Shown here: piece after piece, positions 31,649 through 48,935 of the stretch
Layout of the letters: the number at the start of each line of letters is the position of its first letter
How positions within the stretch are numbered: the first letter of the stretch is position 1
From: Dictyostelium discoideum
Taxonomy: Eukaryota
NCBI GenBank assembly: GCA_000004695.1
Contig: CM000150.2
Span: 3,360,001 to 3,424,000, forward strand
Direction: 5' to 3'
Length of the DNA: 64,000 nucleotides
Notes under the pieces: generated by a model
The model's input: only the letters and a program-made list of their open reading frames with translations
Told to the model about the DNA's origin: nothing
The model's database searches: none
Made by a program: the position numbers and the translations under genes

Positions 31649-33035
31649 TTACAAAATTGACCAAGCGAAATCCATTTGTTCTTTAACAACTTTTGGTAAT
31701 TGTGGAAGTGTATTTTTTGGAATTAAATAACTGGAAATATTGAATAAATCCAAGAAAATTTTATAACGATCACCAACGGTTGTACGTAAATAATGATAAC
31801 CAGAAGAACCACCAGTACCAATCTTGGCACCAATAATTCTTTGTACCATCATTGTATGACGGAATCTCCACATTGTTAATAATTCATCAATTTCTGTTAA
31901 AAGATTTAAAATAAGGAATGGTGTATGGAAAATTGGTTCATCTTTATATAAATAAATTAAAATTGCTGATTGTAATGCTCTTTTTTTTTTAAAAAAAAAT
32001 AATAAAGAATTAATATAAATAAAATAATTTTTAAAATAAATAATTTTTAAAAACTTACTTATAACTTAATCTAACTTCACCTTTTTCTAATCTTTCATTA
32101 TAAGCAACTTCATCGAAAAGTGTTGAGAAAGATTCCATATTCTTTTTAGCTTCTTTGGTTGATTGATCTTTCATATCTTGAGAGAGATCATTATTTGCTT
32201 GAATTCTTTGAAGATCATTTTCAAGGATTTGATCGACAGCTGATTTGTAGGAGGACCAAAAATCGTAACCTTTATAATAGAGGAATGGGTTACGTTCCAA
32301 CCATTGAATTACCAATTGAAGTAAGGATACTTCATTCTCTGTTGCTTGTAATGCTTTACGATCTTTTTCATTGAAAAATGAGTGATAATGATGTTGTTGA
32401 TATTGAACACGTGTATTTGGAAGAATACCCAACTTATTCTCGATCATACGAAATTGTACCGATTGAAAACCAGATGCTGGTACTAAAAGATTACGAAATT
32501 CCAAGAAATCAACAGATGTCATAGTTTCAAGGATACTAATTTGGTCGACTAATAACTTTTGAATCTCTGTTATACGTCCTAAACGATTGACAATTACACC
32601 ATTCAAACGTTCTGGTGTTGGTGGTGTTGACATAATACTACGAATTGAATCGATTTCATGAATCATTTGTTTAAACCAAAGTTCATAAGTTTGATGAATA
32701 ATTATAAATAACATCTCTTCATGTGCTGGTGCTCCAACTTTAACACTTTCACATTCTTGAATATTTAATAATTCATCTAATTTTAAATAACTACCATAAT
32801 AAACTCCTTTTTGTGCTGATTGTGCATCAATTGATCTTTTTTTTTATTTTTTATTTTAATTTAAAAAAAAAAAAAAAAAAAAAAAGAATAATTAATATGT
32901 ATAAATTTTAAAAAAATAATTTTAAAAAATTTTAACATACGGTTCCATTAAAGTAGCTTTTTCAATTGACTCTGCAATCGATTTCTTTTCTTCACTACGT
33001 GGACAATATGGTTGATTAAATTGACAACCACTCAT
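31649..33035 (-). CDS. Tryptophan 2,3-dioxygenase (TDO), ~400 aa, 3 exons: 32941..33035, 32059..32835, 31649..31979
   Basis: Exon 1 (MSGCQFNQPYCPRSEEKKSIAESIEKATLME) ends at a GTATGT donor. Exon 2 (PSIDAQSAQKGVYYGSYLKLDELLNIQECESVKVGAPAHEEMLFIIIHQTYELWFKQ...LLVPASGFQSVQFRMIENKLG...KGEVRLSYK) ends at a GTAAGT donor overlapping the unspliced stop. Exon 3 (ALQSAILIYLYKDEPIFHTPFLILNLLTEIDELLTMWRFRHTMMVQRIIGAKIGTGGSSGYHYLRTTVGDRYKIFLDLFNISSYLIP...) follows. The model is collinear with human TDO2 over the heme-binding core (HQ..ELWFKQ, SGFQS, GTGGSSGYHYL). Total 1203 nt. Confidence 0.85.
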
Positions 33036-33402
33036 TTTTTTATTATTTTTTTTTTTTTTAAATTATAATTGTAATTATAATTATGCTATGTATTGAAATG
33101 TGTGTTTAATAATAAATAATAATAATAATTATAACTTTATTTTTAATATTACAAAAGGTTGGTCGTTTTTTATTATAAAAAAAAAAAATAAAAATAAAAA
33201 AAAAAATAAAAAATAAAAAAAAATGAAAAAAATAAAAAAAATTAAAAATAAAATAAAAAAAAAAATATAAAAAAAAAAACCTTTTGGGTTCAATATTTGA
33301 AATTTCTAATATTTTCATACCAATATCTTATTGTTTGTGGAAATTTGAAGCTATAATAAAAAAAAAAATCTTATTTTTTTTTATTTAAAGGGTTCGAATT
33401 AG

Positions 33403-33435
<33 letters not shown>

Positions 33436-33750
33436 TAATAATAATAATTTATTTGTAAATTTTTTTTTTAGAAGTTTGAACTTCTATTTGGATTATATTT
33501 ATTTATTTAATTTTATTTGAAAAAAACCCCTTTACTTCTTCCTTTAAATTTTTTTATTTTTTTTATTTTTTTTATTTTTTTTTTTTAATCTTAAGATTTT
33601 TTTCTAAATAAAGTAATTTTTTTTCATTTTTTTTAATTTTAATTTTTTTTATTTTTTTTATTTTTTTTTTATTAATATGCAAAAGTAATAATAAATTTTT
33701 TTTTTTTTTTTTTTTTATTCACACACCCAAAAAAAAAACAAATAAAAAAA

Positions 33751-34743
33751 ATGAAATTCATATTTTTAATAATATTAATTATTAGTATCTTTATTATAGA
33801 TATTAATTGTTTAAATAAATCAATTTCAGAAAAGAAATATTATTTTATAAAACCAAATAAAGATAACCTTGGAAATAGTATAAATAATAGTAATAGTGGT
33901 TATATTTTAAATTTAATAAATACTCAAATTGATAATACAATTCAAGGAGAAAAAACATTAATTTCAAATGTAGAAATTCCAAAAAAGTCAAAACTTAATT
34001 TATCAATTATAACAGATTTAAAAAATAATAAACTTGAAGGTAGTAGTCAAGAAGGACAATCATTCCCAACTGAATTTGAAAGTAAAGTTATAGTTTCTGG
34101 TGAATTTAAAGATGAAGATTCAAAAGATTTTATAGTTTCAGATATTTATCATCTAATGGGATTAAAAGATACAAACACTGCAAATCCAAAAACAATCAAA
34201 GTTAAAGAATATTATTATTTTATGAGTCCATCACCTTTAATTTGTAATTCAATGATAAATTGTTCAAATATTATTATTGATAAAGTTAATAGCAATGAAC
34301 CATTTGGATTTTTAGAAAAATTTAATGAACCTTATTCAAAATCAATGTCATTATTAGATTTAAATTGGTTCAATTCAAGATTAGTTACAAATGATAATAA
34401 TTATAATTCAATTGTCAAAGGTTATCAATATGGTTCAAATGAATTAATTATTTCAAAAGTATATATTAATACTTTAGATCCAATTGATGGATGTGGTACC
34501 TCTTCATCATCAACTTCTCAACAAAAACAACCAAAATGTAGATTTGGTAAAATTGCAACATATACAAGAGATTTAAACCGATGCCCAGTATTTGATAAAT
34601 GTGTTAAAAAATCCCCATGTCATTTAGGTAGACCCAATTGTAATCAAGGTTATAAACTTAGTTCTTTACCATTTGGTGAAAAAGGTTGTCCAAAATATTA
34701 TTGTGATCCAGAATTTCTTCCAATTACAAATAAAAAATTTTAA
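33751..34743 (+). CDS. Secreted protein with N-terminal signal peptide and C-terminal Cys-rich domain, 330 aa, single exon
   Basis: The ORF starts at ATG 33751 with a hydrophobic leader (MKFIFLIILIISIFIIDINC). The body is not low-complexity. The C-terminal ~90 aa carry 12 Cys (GCGTSSS...CRFGKIATYTRDLNRCPVFDKCVKKSPCHLGRPNCNQGYKL...KGCPKYYCDPEF). No family recognised. Confidence 0.6.
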   Translation: MKFIFLIILIISIFIIDINCLNKSISEKKYYFIKPNKDNLGNSINNSNSGYILNLINTQIDNTIQGEKTLISNVEIPKKSKLNLSIITDLKNNKLEGSSQEGQSFPTEFESKVIVSGEFKDEDSKDFIVSDIYHLMGLKDTNTANPKTIKVKEYYYFMSPSPLICNSMINCSNIIIDKVNSNEPFGFLEKFNEPYSKSMSLLDLNWFNSRLVTNDNNYNSIVKGYQYGSNELIISKVYINTLDPIDGCGTSSSSTSQQKQPKCRFGKIATYTRDLNRCPVFDKCVKKSPCHLGRPNCNQGYKLSSLPFGEKGCPKYYCDPEFLPITNKKF

Positions 34744-35105
34744 AATAAATAATTTAATTTTTTTAATAAAGATATTTTAAGGCATAAATAAGATAATTAA
34801 TTTTATTTATAATTATTTTTGGATTTAATAAAACTTTTTTTTTTTTTTTTTTTTTTATAATCATAAAAATACAATTTGTAATATTATTATTATTGGTATT
34901 AACTATTCTAAAAGAAAATATTTTACTAGTACAATGTATAATTATAAAAGATTATTGTAATTAAAATAAAAAATGGTGGGACTAATAAAATATTATATAA
35001 AATAATAATCTATACATTTTTTTTCAAAAAAAAAAAAAAAAAAAAAAAATTAATATAAATAATAATATAATTATTTAAAAAATAAATGTATAAAAAAACA
35101 CTTAC

Positions 35106-35548
35106 ATAAAGTTTAGAAACTTGTTCAGAAGGGGCTTCATCCTTTATCGATAAACAGAATCTAGATTTTTCATTCTTTTTTGAAACTAATTATTATTATT
35201 TTTTTTTTTTTATTATTTTTTTTTAAACAGGTATTAATAAATAATTATTTTAATTATTATTTTTATTTTTATTATTTTTTTTAAAATTTTTAAAAAAAAA
35301 AAAAATTAATTACCATTTTCAAAATCTTTTTTTGAATTTTTTGTTATTTGAGCATTTGATTTAATAGGTTGATTATCATTTTCAACTTTAAAATAATTTG
35401 ATGAGAAAATTAAATTTGATTCATTTTTAAAATTCTTTAATTCATTTGTTTGTTTATTTATTGATGTTTTATTTTGGCCCTTTATCGGACTTATAAAATT
35501 TGTTAAAAATATTATAAAAATAAATATAAAAAATAAATAATTGAATTT

Positions 35549-35551
<3 letters not shown>
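35106..35551 (-). CDS. Small secreted protein (partial model): exon 35314..35551 plus microexon 35106..35185; 3' end unresolved
   Basis: ATG rc at 35549-35551 starts a signal peptide (MKFNYLFFIFIFIIFLTNFISPIKG) followed by QNKTSINKQTNELKNFKNESNLIFSSNYFKVENDNQPIKSNAQITKNSKKDFEN. The unspliced reading stops at 35306 (…ENGN*), but GGTAAT also forms a GTAATT donor (phase 1). A GC-richer 80-nt block at 35106..35185 has acceptor AATTAG and donor GTAAGT, and reads VSKKNEKSRFCLSIKDEAPSEQVSKLY in phase with no stop. A following exon could not be placed confidently. Confidence 0.35.
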
Positions 35552-35588
<37 letters not shown>

Positions 35589-35642
35589 ATTAATTAAAAT
35601 TTTAAAAATAAAAAAATAAAATATATATATAAATAAATTTAA

Positions 35643-35702
<60 letters not shown>

Positions 35703-37003
35703 GGCGGGTATTATTAATTATTACTTTATTTAATTTAAATATTTATTGGAAGTTTATGTAAAATGTTTTTGGATTTTTTTTTTTTTTTTTTTTTTTGGTT
35801 ATCAAAACATTTAATTGTTTTTTTTATTTATTTTAATATATTTATTTGTTTGGTTAATAATTATTAAATAATCTAATAGGATTAGGAATAGATTTTATTA
35901 TTATTTTAATGGTTTTAAAAATAAAAAAAGTTAATTATAAAAAAAAAAAAAAATTAAAATTTGATTTTTATTTTTATTTTTATTTTTAATTTTTTTTTTT
36001 TTTTTTTTTTTGGATCCTTGGCGGTGTTACATATATTACAATAAAAAAAATATTATTAAAAAAAAAAATAATTTATACAATCAAAAAAAAAAAAAAAAAA
36101 AAAAATTTGTTAACTATCTTTTAATTTTTTTTTTTTTTTTTTTTTATTTAAAACAATTAATTAAGTCCCTTTTGAAAATTGGTTTTTAAAAAAAAAAAAA
36201 AAAACCATTTTGTTAGTTAAAAGGCTTTTTGTGGTTTTTTTTTAAATATTTTTAAAAAATCTTAAAAATTGAGTATGCTTAAGTTAACCAGTATGTGAAC
36301 AAAATTTTTTATTGGAGATCACAAAATAAAAAAACAAAACAAATTATTTTAAAATTTTTTGTGTTTTTGGAAGTTTAACTTTCAAATAAATTTTTTATTT
36401 TTTTTATTTTTATTTTTATTTTGTTTTATTTTTTTTATTTTTATTTTATTTTTGTTTTATTTTTAAAAATTTATTTTTAAAAATTTATTTTTTTTATTGT
36501 TCAAAAACATGACCAATTTAAGCATTTTTGATTTTTATTTTATTTATTTATTTTTTCTGAGTATTAAGTTTTTTGACATGTGTTTTTTATTCTTTTTATA
36601 AAGATTTATTATATTTTTTTGGGTTTTCCTAAAATAGCCACCAAATTTTAAACAGTCAGTTTAAACTTTAAAGACCATGGCTTGATTTGAACCTTTATCT
36701 AAAAATAAAAAAAGAAATCCCTATTCTTTATTTTCGGAAACATTATGGTTTTATAAATTAAAAAAATATTTTTTTTTTTTTTTTTATAAATAAAAAGATT
36801 TTCATAAAAAAAAAAAAAATATTAAAAAAAAAAAATATTAAAAAAAAAAATAAAAATTATCTAAACAAAATTTCAAATAATAAATTTTATTAATTAAAAA
36901 AAATTAATATATATTATTACAAATTTGAAAAATATTTAAATAAACTATTTTTTTTATTTTATTTTTATTTTATTTTATTTTATTTTAAAAATTATTTTAA
37001 TTT

Positions 37004-38144
37004 TTAAATTGAAGAAGTAATTGTATTACCAACAATATCCATATATGTATATGTTGGGAATGAATAACTATTTCTAAAATAAGTTAATGGTACTGAATCA
37101 GTAATTACAATTTCAGTTTCAACTTGATAAGAATATCCTCCACATGTATTTTCACATTCAATAATCCAAGAAAAACTATTTGAGCTACCTTGAGTTAATT
37201 GTGAAGTTGGTGTAACATAACTACTTTGTTGATCTGGTAAATTTTGGGCTAAAATAGCTCCATTTGGTAAAATTAATGAGGTTAAAGCTGAAAGACCAGT
37301 TGGTAATGTTCTAAATAAATTTTTTTTAAAAAAAAAAAAAAAAAAATTAATAAAAAAAAATGACAATTTAATATTATTTATTAAAAATTAATATTACTAC
37401 TTACGCATTAATATTATCAATTGGGAATGGATTATCATAAGAGAAAGAGGCAGTGATTTTAGTTTGATTAGTACCAGATAATTGTTGAGATGAAGATTCC
37501 ATTGTTAATGGGAACATAATTGAACCAAAGAATGGGGTACCACGTGGTGATTGTGGTTCGGTGTAATTCCATAATTGAGTGAATTCTGTGTAAGACATAT
37601 TGAAAAGTCTTGGTTGACCATCACGATCCCATGGGTCATTTGAATAGATGATCTCTTGTTCATCGTCATAACCAACGATTACTCTGAAATGACCACCAAG
37701 ATCGGTTGGTAAGTATGCCATTAAAACAATGACTGGAATATCATTGGCAACCAATGATTTCAATTCGTCTAACCATAAATTTGCTGATGAATAACCGACT
37801 GATAATAGACCCAATGGGTGTCCTTTAAATCCATGTTTAACTTCATGTTCTTTTTCATCGGTGCCTTGTGATGCACTCATTACTGAAAATCTTGGTGTTC
37901 TAATGATATCATATGACGATGTTCCAACTTTATTACTTGTACGTGCAACATCATCTATCTCTAATTGGTCTATCTTTCTTCCATAATATTCCAATACCAT
38001 TTGAAGTGATGCATCACCACAGTTGTATTGTGTTTCTTGTCTATGGTATGGTACATTTGGTATATAATATGATGTTGGATATGCAATGGTGATACATACT
38101 AATGTTGCAAAAAAACAAATAAATAATTTAATTGATTTATTCAT
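37004..38144 (-). CDS. Secreted papain-fold peptidase, C39-like family (Peptidase_C39_2 type), ~348 aa, 2 exons: 37405..38144, 37004..37310
   Basis: Signal peptide MNKSIKLFICFFATLVCITIAYP. A catalytic-type Cys lies in QETQYNCGDASLQMVLEYYG, a His in GHFRVIVGYDDEQ, and an Asp/Asn in YSNDPWD, the ordering and spacing typical of C39-like cysteine peptidases. The exon 1 stop overlaps a GTAAGT donor (…AATGC|GTAAGT). Acceptor TTTATTTAG at 37311-37312 continues in phase 2 into the 37004..37366 ORF (ATLPTGLSALTSLILPNGAILAQNLPDQQSSYVTPTSQ...). That region is Cys/Gly-containing and beta-rich, possibly a C-terminal pro/lectin-like domain. Confidence 0.7.
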
Positions 38145-38846
38145 TGTTATACAGTTTTTTTTTTATTTTTAAAAAAGAAAAAAATAAAATAAAAAAAAAA
38201 AAAGGCACCTTTTTTAACTTTTTTTTTTTTTTTTTTTGATTTTTATTTTTTTTATTTTTTTAAAATAAAATTTTATTTTTTTATTTTTTTTTTATAAAAA
38301 TATTTTTTTCTTTTTCTTGCTCTTTCTTTTAAAAACCTATATTTATAAACTTTTTTTATTTTTTTACTTAAACAAAAATAATAACATTTAATTTAAAATT
38401 TTTTTTTTTTTACCATTTTTGGATCCAAAAATTATATATAACAAAAAAAAAAAAGATTAATGTTATTATTTTTGAGTTTGGTTGTAGTTTAATTTGTTTT
38501 CAATCACTATTTTTGATTTTTTTTTTCCCCTTTGCCCAAAAATTTCTTTTCCCAAATTTTGAAAAAAAAAAAAAAATAAAAAAAATAAAAAAAAAAATAA
38601 AAATAAAAAAAAAAAAAATTTTAAAATGAAAAAAAAAATAAAAATAAAATAAAAAAAAAACAAAACAAAAAATCAAAATAAAAAAAAAAAAAAAAAAAAA
38701 AATTAATTTAAAAAAAAAAAAAAACAGACAAACTTTCTCTATTTTTAAAACTTATTGTAATTTACATTCAATACATACATATATATACATATATATATAT
38801 ATATAAAATAATATAAAATAAGCATTTATAATTTTAATATTTATTT

Positions 38847-38887
<41 letters not shown>

Positions 38888-38888
<1 letters not shown>

Positions 38889-38975
38889 AACAATAACAAT
38901 AACAATAACAATAACAATAACAATAACAATAACAATAACAATAACAATAACAATAACAATAACAATAACAATAAC
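38888..38975. repeat. (CAATAA)n hexanucleotide repeat (~14 units) immediately 5' of the sirtuin ATG
   Basis: Direct reading: caacaataacaataacaata... ending 12 nt before the ATG at 38987, so it lies in the 5' UTR/core promoter. Confidence 0.9.
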
Positions 38976-38986
38976 AAAGATTAACA

Positions 38987-39134
38987 ATGACAGATGATAT
39001 AGTTTTTGAAAATATGGTGATAGACGATACAATAGTAGAAGAAGAAGATGTTGAAATGGTAATTATTTTATTATTGATATTTTATTAATTAATTTATTGA
39101 TATATATACACATAATCAAATAATTTATTAAAAC

Positions 39135-39183
<49 letters not shown>

Positions 39184-40602
39184 TCATTATAGAAATACTA
39201 TTTAAAAAATAAAAAAGAGTTTGAATTTTTAGCAAAAGAGATGTTATCAGGTAAAAAGATATTATTCATTACAGGTGCAGGTCTCTCTATTAATTCGTAT
39301 GTAAAATTAATTTTTTTTTTTTTTTTTTTTAATATTTCTCATTTTACCAAAAAGTCGACTTTTTTTTTCGTTGAAAAGTCACATTAAATGCTAACATAAA
39401 AGATCTTTTTTATTTTTTCTTTCTTATTTATAGTGGTATTTCAGCATATCGTAATACAAAGAGTAAGTTTATTTAAATAAATTTTTTTTTTTTTTTTTTT
39501 TCTTCATTCCTTTATTAATATTAATATTTCCGTTTCTATTTTTTTTTTTTTTTTTTTTTTTCTCTCTCTCACATTCTCTAGCTAGTGTATGGTCAAACTT
39601 TATTACCGAATGGGGTACAAGAAAAAAGTTTGAACAAGACCCAGCACAATTTTGGAATCACTTTTGGTTAAGAGTATGTATTTATTAAAATAAACATTTT
39701 AGCAAACAAAAAAAAAAAAAAAAAAAAAAAAAAGATAAAAATCTAACTCTCAAAAAAAAAAAAAAAAAATTATTTTAATAATTAGACTCATGAAAAGCAA
39801 GAATATCTTGATGCACTACCAAACAGTGGTCATCTTGCAATTTCAAATTTTGTAGAATATTTAGGATCAAATGTTATTACACAAAATGTTGATGCACTTC
39901 ATTTGAAAGCAAAAGTACCAATAGAGAAATTGGTGGAAGTTCATGGTAGAATTTCATTATATAAGTGTATTACCAAGGGTTGTAGATTCGAATATGATGA
40001 TACTATTGATAATATTGAAATTGGTGACTACTCAATCAATGGCACAACAATGAAACAAGGTAATCTTGAAATCACTCCTCCACTTTGCCCAGAATGTAAA
40101 AAACCAATTTTACCACAATCACTTTTATTCGATGAAAATTATTCTTCTCATCAATTTTATAATATTGAAAAAGCAATGGATTGGATTCAAGAAGCTGATA
40201 TTTTTATTTTTATTGGTACAAGGTATGTTTATTAATTTTTTTTTTTCTTCTTTTTCTGAATACATTTAATTTTATATACTAATTTTTTTAATTTTTTTTT
40301 TTAGTTTTTCAGTTGGTATTACTGAAGAAGTTATTTGTCATGCTCAAAGTGAACGTAAAAAAATGTTTAACTTTAATATATTTAAAGAAACAAAGATATC
40401 AGGTTTAAAAAGTATTGTTGGTAAAAGTGAAATTACATTACCATTATTAGAGAGACAATTACTTTATGAAGCTCAAAAAAGAAATAATGGTAAAAAACAA
40501 ATTTGGTATGGAAATACTATCAAAAGAATAGTCTCTGAAAATTCAATGTTATTAAAAGAAGCAATGTTAAAAAATGATACAAAATCAAGTGTAAAAGTGT
40601 AA
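38987..40602 (+). CDS. Sir2-family NAD-dependent protein deacylase (sirtuin), ~343 aa, 6 exons: 38987..39058, 39193..39296, 39434..39462, 39582..39673, 39786..40222, 40305..40602
   Basis: Exons in order. E1: MTDDIVFENMVIDDTIVEEEDVEM. E2: KYYLKNKKEFEFLAKEMLSGKKILFITGAGLSIN (sirtuin GAGIS motif). E3: SGISAYRNTK. E4: TSVWSNFITEWGTRKKFEQDPAQFWNHFWLR. E5: THEKQEYLDALPNSGHLAISNFVEYLGSNVITQNVDALH...VEVHGRISLYKC..C...CPEC (QNxDxLH, catalytic His, Zn-ribbon Cys pairs)...DIFIFIGT. E6: SFSVGITEEVICHAQ...KV*. All donors are GTAATT/GTATGT/GTAAGT, all acceptors (T)nAG, and phases close (72+104+29+92+437+298 = 1032 nt). Confidence 0.8.
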
Positions 40603-40697
40603 ATAATAATTTGTAAAGGAAATAGTATTTAAAATAATAAAAGTAATAATGTTAAAAGAAGAAACCATTTTGGAAATAGAATATTTTTAAATTAAAA

Positions 40698-40767
<70 letters not shown>

Positions 40768-41883
40768 TTAATAATAATAATAATAATAATATAAAACAAA
40801 TGAAAATAGAATAACTAATGGTACCAAATGAAATTTAAAAAAAAAAAAACAATAACAAATAATAAGAATAATAATAATTAAAATAATAATAATAATAATA
40901 ATAATTGGTTGTTTTCCTTTTTTTTTTGTGTGGGATTCAAAAAAACAAATTTGTAAAAATACTCAATAAACAATTCAAATTACTTCAATATTTTATTTTA
41001 TTTTTTTGTTTGTTTAACCTTTGAGATTTATTTTGGTTGGCGACTCAATTTTCCTATTATTATTATTTATGAAGTGTTTTTATCAAAATAAAAGAGAGAA
41101 AAGGAAAAGCATAAGGCAAGATGGTGGGTGTAAATTAAGCATTTTATTTTACTTTTTTTATTTAATGTGGAGAAATAATTTAAATCAAAATAGAATTGGA
41201 AAATTAACATTCAGATGATTCATATGAGGAAGAAGACCAAGACGATTATGAAACCCATTCATTTGATTCTTTTGATCAAACTTGAGATGACTGTGACGAA
41301 AATAATATAGAAGATTCATGTGAGCAGATGAAGAATCTGAAAATTTAAGTGAAAAATGGTAATAATAATAAAAATAATAACTATTTTAGAATAAAATAAA
41401 CATAGACTTTTTCCTTCACAAGGTGGAGTTTTTAATGTCGGGTTATCTCACTAACAGTTTATCCCCAAGTCATATTACTTTTTTTTAATAAATATAATAG
41501 TCTTAAAATCTATTTGAAAATCAGTTTTGTTTTAATAATTTTTTAAATAAAAAAAATAAAGAAATAGTAAAAATAATCTTTTTTAAATTATCAATTAATT
41601 TTAAATTCTAAATTCTTTTGCCACTTAACTTTTTTTTTTATTTTTTTTATTTTTTTTTTTTTTGGTTATTGTTTTTGCTCGTTTATGTTATTATTGAACT
41701 AAATTATATGTTTTTTAAAATTAAAATCATTTTATTAAAAAATCTTCTTTTTTAACTTGGTCTTCAATATTATTTTTCACTAAATGGCTATTATAATCGA
41801 AATTTTATTTAAATCTATTCACATATCTAATTTTACTTTTAATGATTAATTTAATTTATAAACAAATTATTGTTAAAAAGATG

Positions 41884-41914
<31 letters not shown>

Positions 41915-42123
41915 GATTTAAGACTTTTAATTTTAATTTTTACAGATTTTTTTTTATATAACTTTATTTGGATACTTTTTTTTTTTTTTTTTTTTAATTT
42001 GTAATTTTTAAATAGTTTAATTTTTTTTTTCTTTTCTTTTTTCTTTTTTTTTTTCTTTTTTTTTCTTTTTATAGTTTTTATGATTTCTTTTTTTTTTTTT
42101 TTTTTTTTTTATTTGAAACTTAT

Positions 42124-46095
<3,972 letters not shown>

Positions 46096-48124
46096 ATTTG
46101 CATTTATAAGAAAAAAAAAAGTATTTTTTTTTTTTTTTTTTTTTTTCTAATATTAATATTTGATTGGTAATTTAAACGATTTTATTTTTTTAAAATGAAA
46201 AAAAAAAAATTTATTTTTAAGTTTTTAAATATAAAATTTCTATCGTTTTGTGTTTTGTGGTTTGAGGGTGTGTACCTTTAATTTTATATTATTATTATTT
46301 TTTTTTAGTTTTTAGTTTTTTTTTTTTAGTTTTGTTTATAAAATAAAAATAAAAATAAATAAAAAAAAGAAAAAGAGGATATTATATGTTCAAAATAAAA
46401 TTTAATATATGGTTCCACGATGATATAATAGAAGGAAACAGTGTTTTTTTTTCAAGTTGTAATAATCATAAGCTTTTTCACTTTTTGGTTTTTTTTTTTT
46501 TTTTGTTTTTTTGATTTTTTTTTTTTTTTTTGTGATTTTTTTTTTTATTTTTTTTTTATTTTTTTTTTTATTTTTATTTTTTTTTTTTTTTTAGAATTTC
46601 CCTTCAATCACAAAAATTTTAAAAAAAACCCAACTATGAATTATTATTAAATATTTATGATATTTTATTATTATTTTTTTTTTTTTGAGAAACTACAATA
46701 ATTGATTTTCAACAATCCGAATAGATTTATTAATGATTTTTTTTTTTATACTCCCTTTTTTTTTTTTTTTCTTTAATTTGTTTTTTTTTTTTTAAAATTT
46801 TTTTTTTTATTTTTTAAAATAAAATTTGTGGGTTTTTTTTTTGTCTTAGGACAAAAAGAATAATAATTTATAAAAATCAATAGAGCTAATAGCCCATAGG
46901 TTTTTATTTTTTTTTTTTTTTTTTTATTTTTAATTAAAGAAAAAATATTTTTTCAATTATACACATTAATCCAAAAAAAAAAAATTAAATAAAATAAAAT
47001 GAAATAAATAAATATATTATTTGTTGGTATATTTGAATATTATGTAAATTTTTTTGTTTTTTTTTTTTTTTTTCATATTTTTTTTTAAAATTTTATATTT
47101 ATAATTATTTTTTTTTTTATTAAAATTAATGGTTTTTTTGGAAAAAAAGATTTTAGGGTAATGGTTTTTTTTTTATTTTTTTTTTTATTTTTATCTTTAT
47201 TTTTATTTTTTTTTTTTTTGTGATATAATGAATTATGAATTTTATGATTACCTATATAGTTTATGTTAATGTACAAATAAAATTAATTTTTCTAACAAAA
47301 TATTTTCTCCAATCTTTTTTATTTTTTATAATTTTAATATCTTTTTCTCAAAAAAAAAAAAAAAAAAATTAAAAAAAATTAAAAAAAAGAAATAATAGAG
47401 GAGCACTTTGTGGTAAAAAAAATATAAAAATAAAAAAATAAAAAATTATATAAAGTTAAAATAAAAATTAAAATTAAAATAAAATTAAAATAAAATTAAA
47501 ATTAAAATAAAATTAAAATTTATAGATAAATAAATTAATAAATTTATAGATAAATAAATTGAAAGCCTAATTTAAAAAAAGTAAAAAAAAAATGAAAAAA
47601 ATTAAAAAAAAATAAAAAAAATTATTTGTTTGTTGATTTACTTTATATATATATTATTTTAGATAAAATATTAACAGTTAAATTTTAAAATTTATTTTTA
47701 ATTATTGTGATATCTTTTTTATTTTTTTTTGTTTAATTTTGGTACCCAAAAATAAAAAGGAATGCATAAAGTAATTTAATAATAACAAAATAATAATAAA
47801 TTAAATAATAATAATAAAATACTAACACTAATAATATTATTTATAATTATAATAATATAATTACTATTAAATAAATATTCAAAAAGAGTATTACTATTAT
47901 ATTTTATTACCAATTAGAGAACGAAAATTAAAATAATAGAACTGTTATTGCTACCACAAAAAAAAAAATTAAAAAAAAAATTAAATTTAAAACAAATATA
48001 AAATAAATATGTTAAAAAGTCAAAAGTTGTAGATTTTTTTTTTTTTTTTTTTTTTTTCCCTCTAAACCTAATTAAAATTAATTTTATCAGTTTTGATTTT
48101 AAATTTCTATTTGGGGTATTGCTA

Positions 48125-48130
<6 letters not shown>

Positions 48131-48223
<93 letters not shown>

Positions 48224-48240
48224 TTATTATTATTATTACT
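48131..48240. repeat. (ATT)n microsatellite, ~110 bp
   Basis: Direct reading. Confidence 0.9.
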
Positions 48241-48734
48241 AATAGTTTTTTTTTTTTTTTTTTAAAATAAATAAAATTGTAATTACTACAAATTATTGTT
48301 ATTGTGAATTTTTTTATTTAATTTTTATAGATTTAAAATTTTTTAAATACCTTGTGGGTATTTTTTCAAATATGCAAAAGTTTAAAAAATAAAATAAAAT
48401 GTAAATAAGGAACAATTTTAAACCAAAATAAAAATTATCCTGGTTTGATTTTACCAATTAAAAAATACCTTTAAATTGGAAATATATTTTAATATTTGGA
48501 AATGTATTAAAAAATATTTTTTTTTAAAAAATAAAATAAAAAAAAAAAAAATAACTCTATTTAGCTAAATCCGAGTTTGGCTTTATTTTAATTTTTTTGG
48601 AAAAAATAAAAAAAAAAAAAAAAAATTTTAAGATGGAACAAAGGTTTTATTAAATAAATAATTAAAAAAATAAATAAAATAATAAATAAATTAATATATA
48701 AATAAATTTTTAAAAAGTTAAAAAATTAAAATTA

Positions 48735-48765
<31 letters not shown>

Positions 48766-48879
48766 ACCCAAGGTATTTTTATTTTATTTTAATTTATTTT
48801 ATTTATTTATTCTATTTGTTTTTATAAATACAATATTTACGAATAAGAAAAATTATATTAATAATAGAAAAAAAGGTTT

Positions 48880-48935
<56 letters not shown>

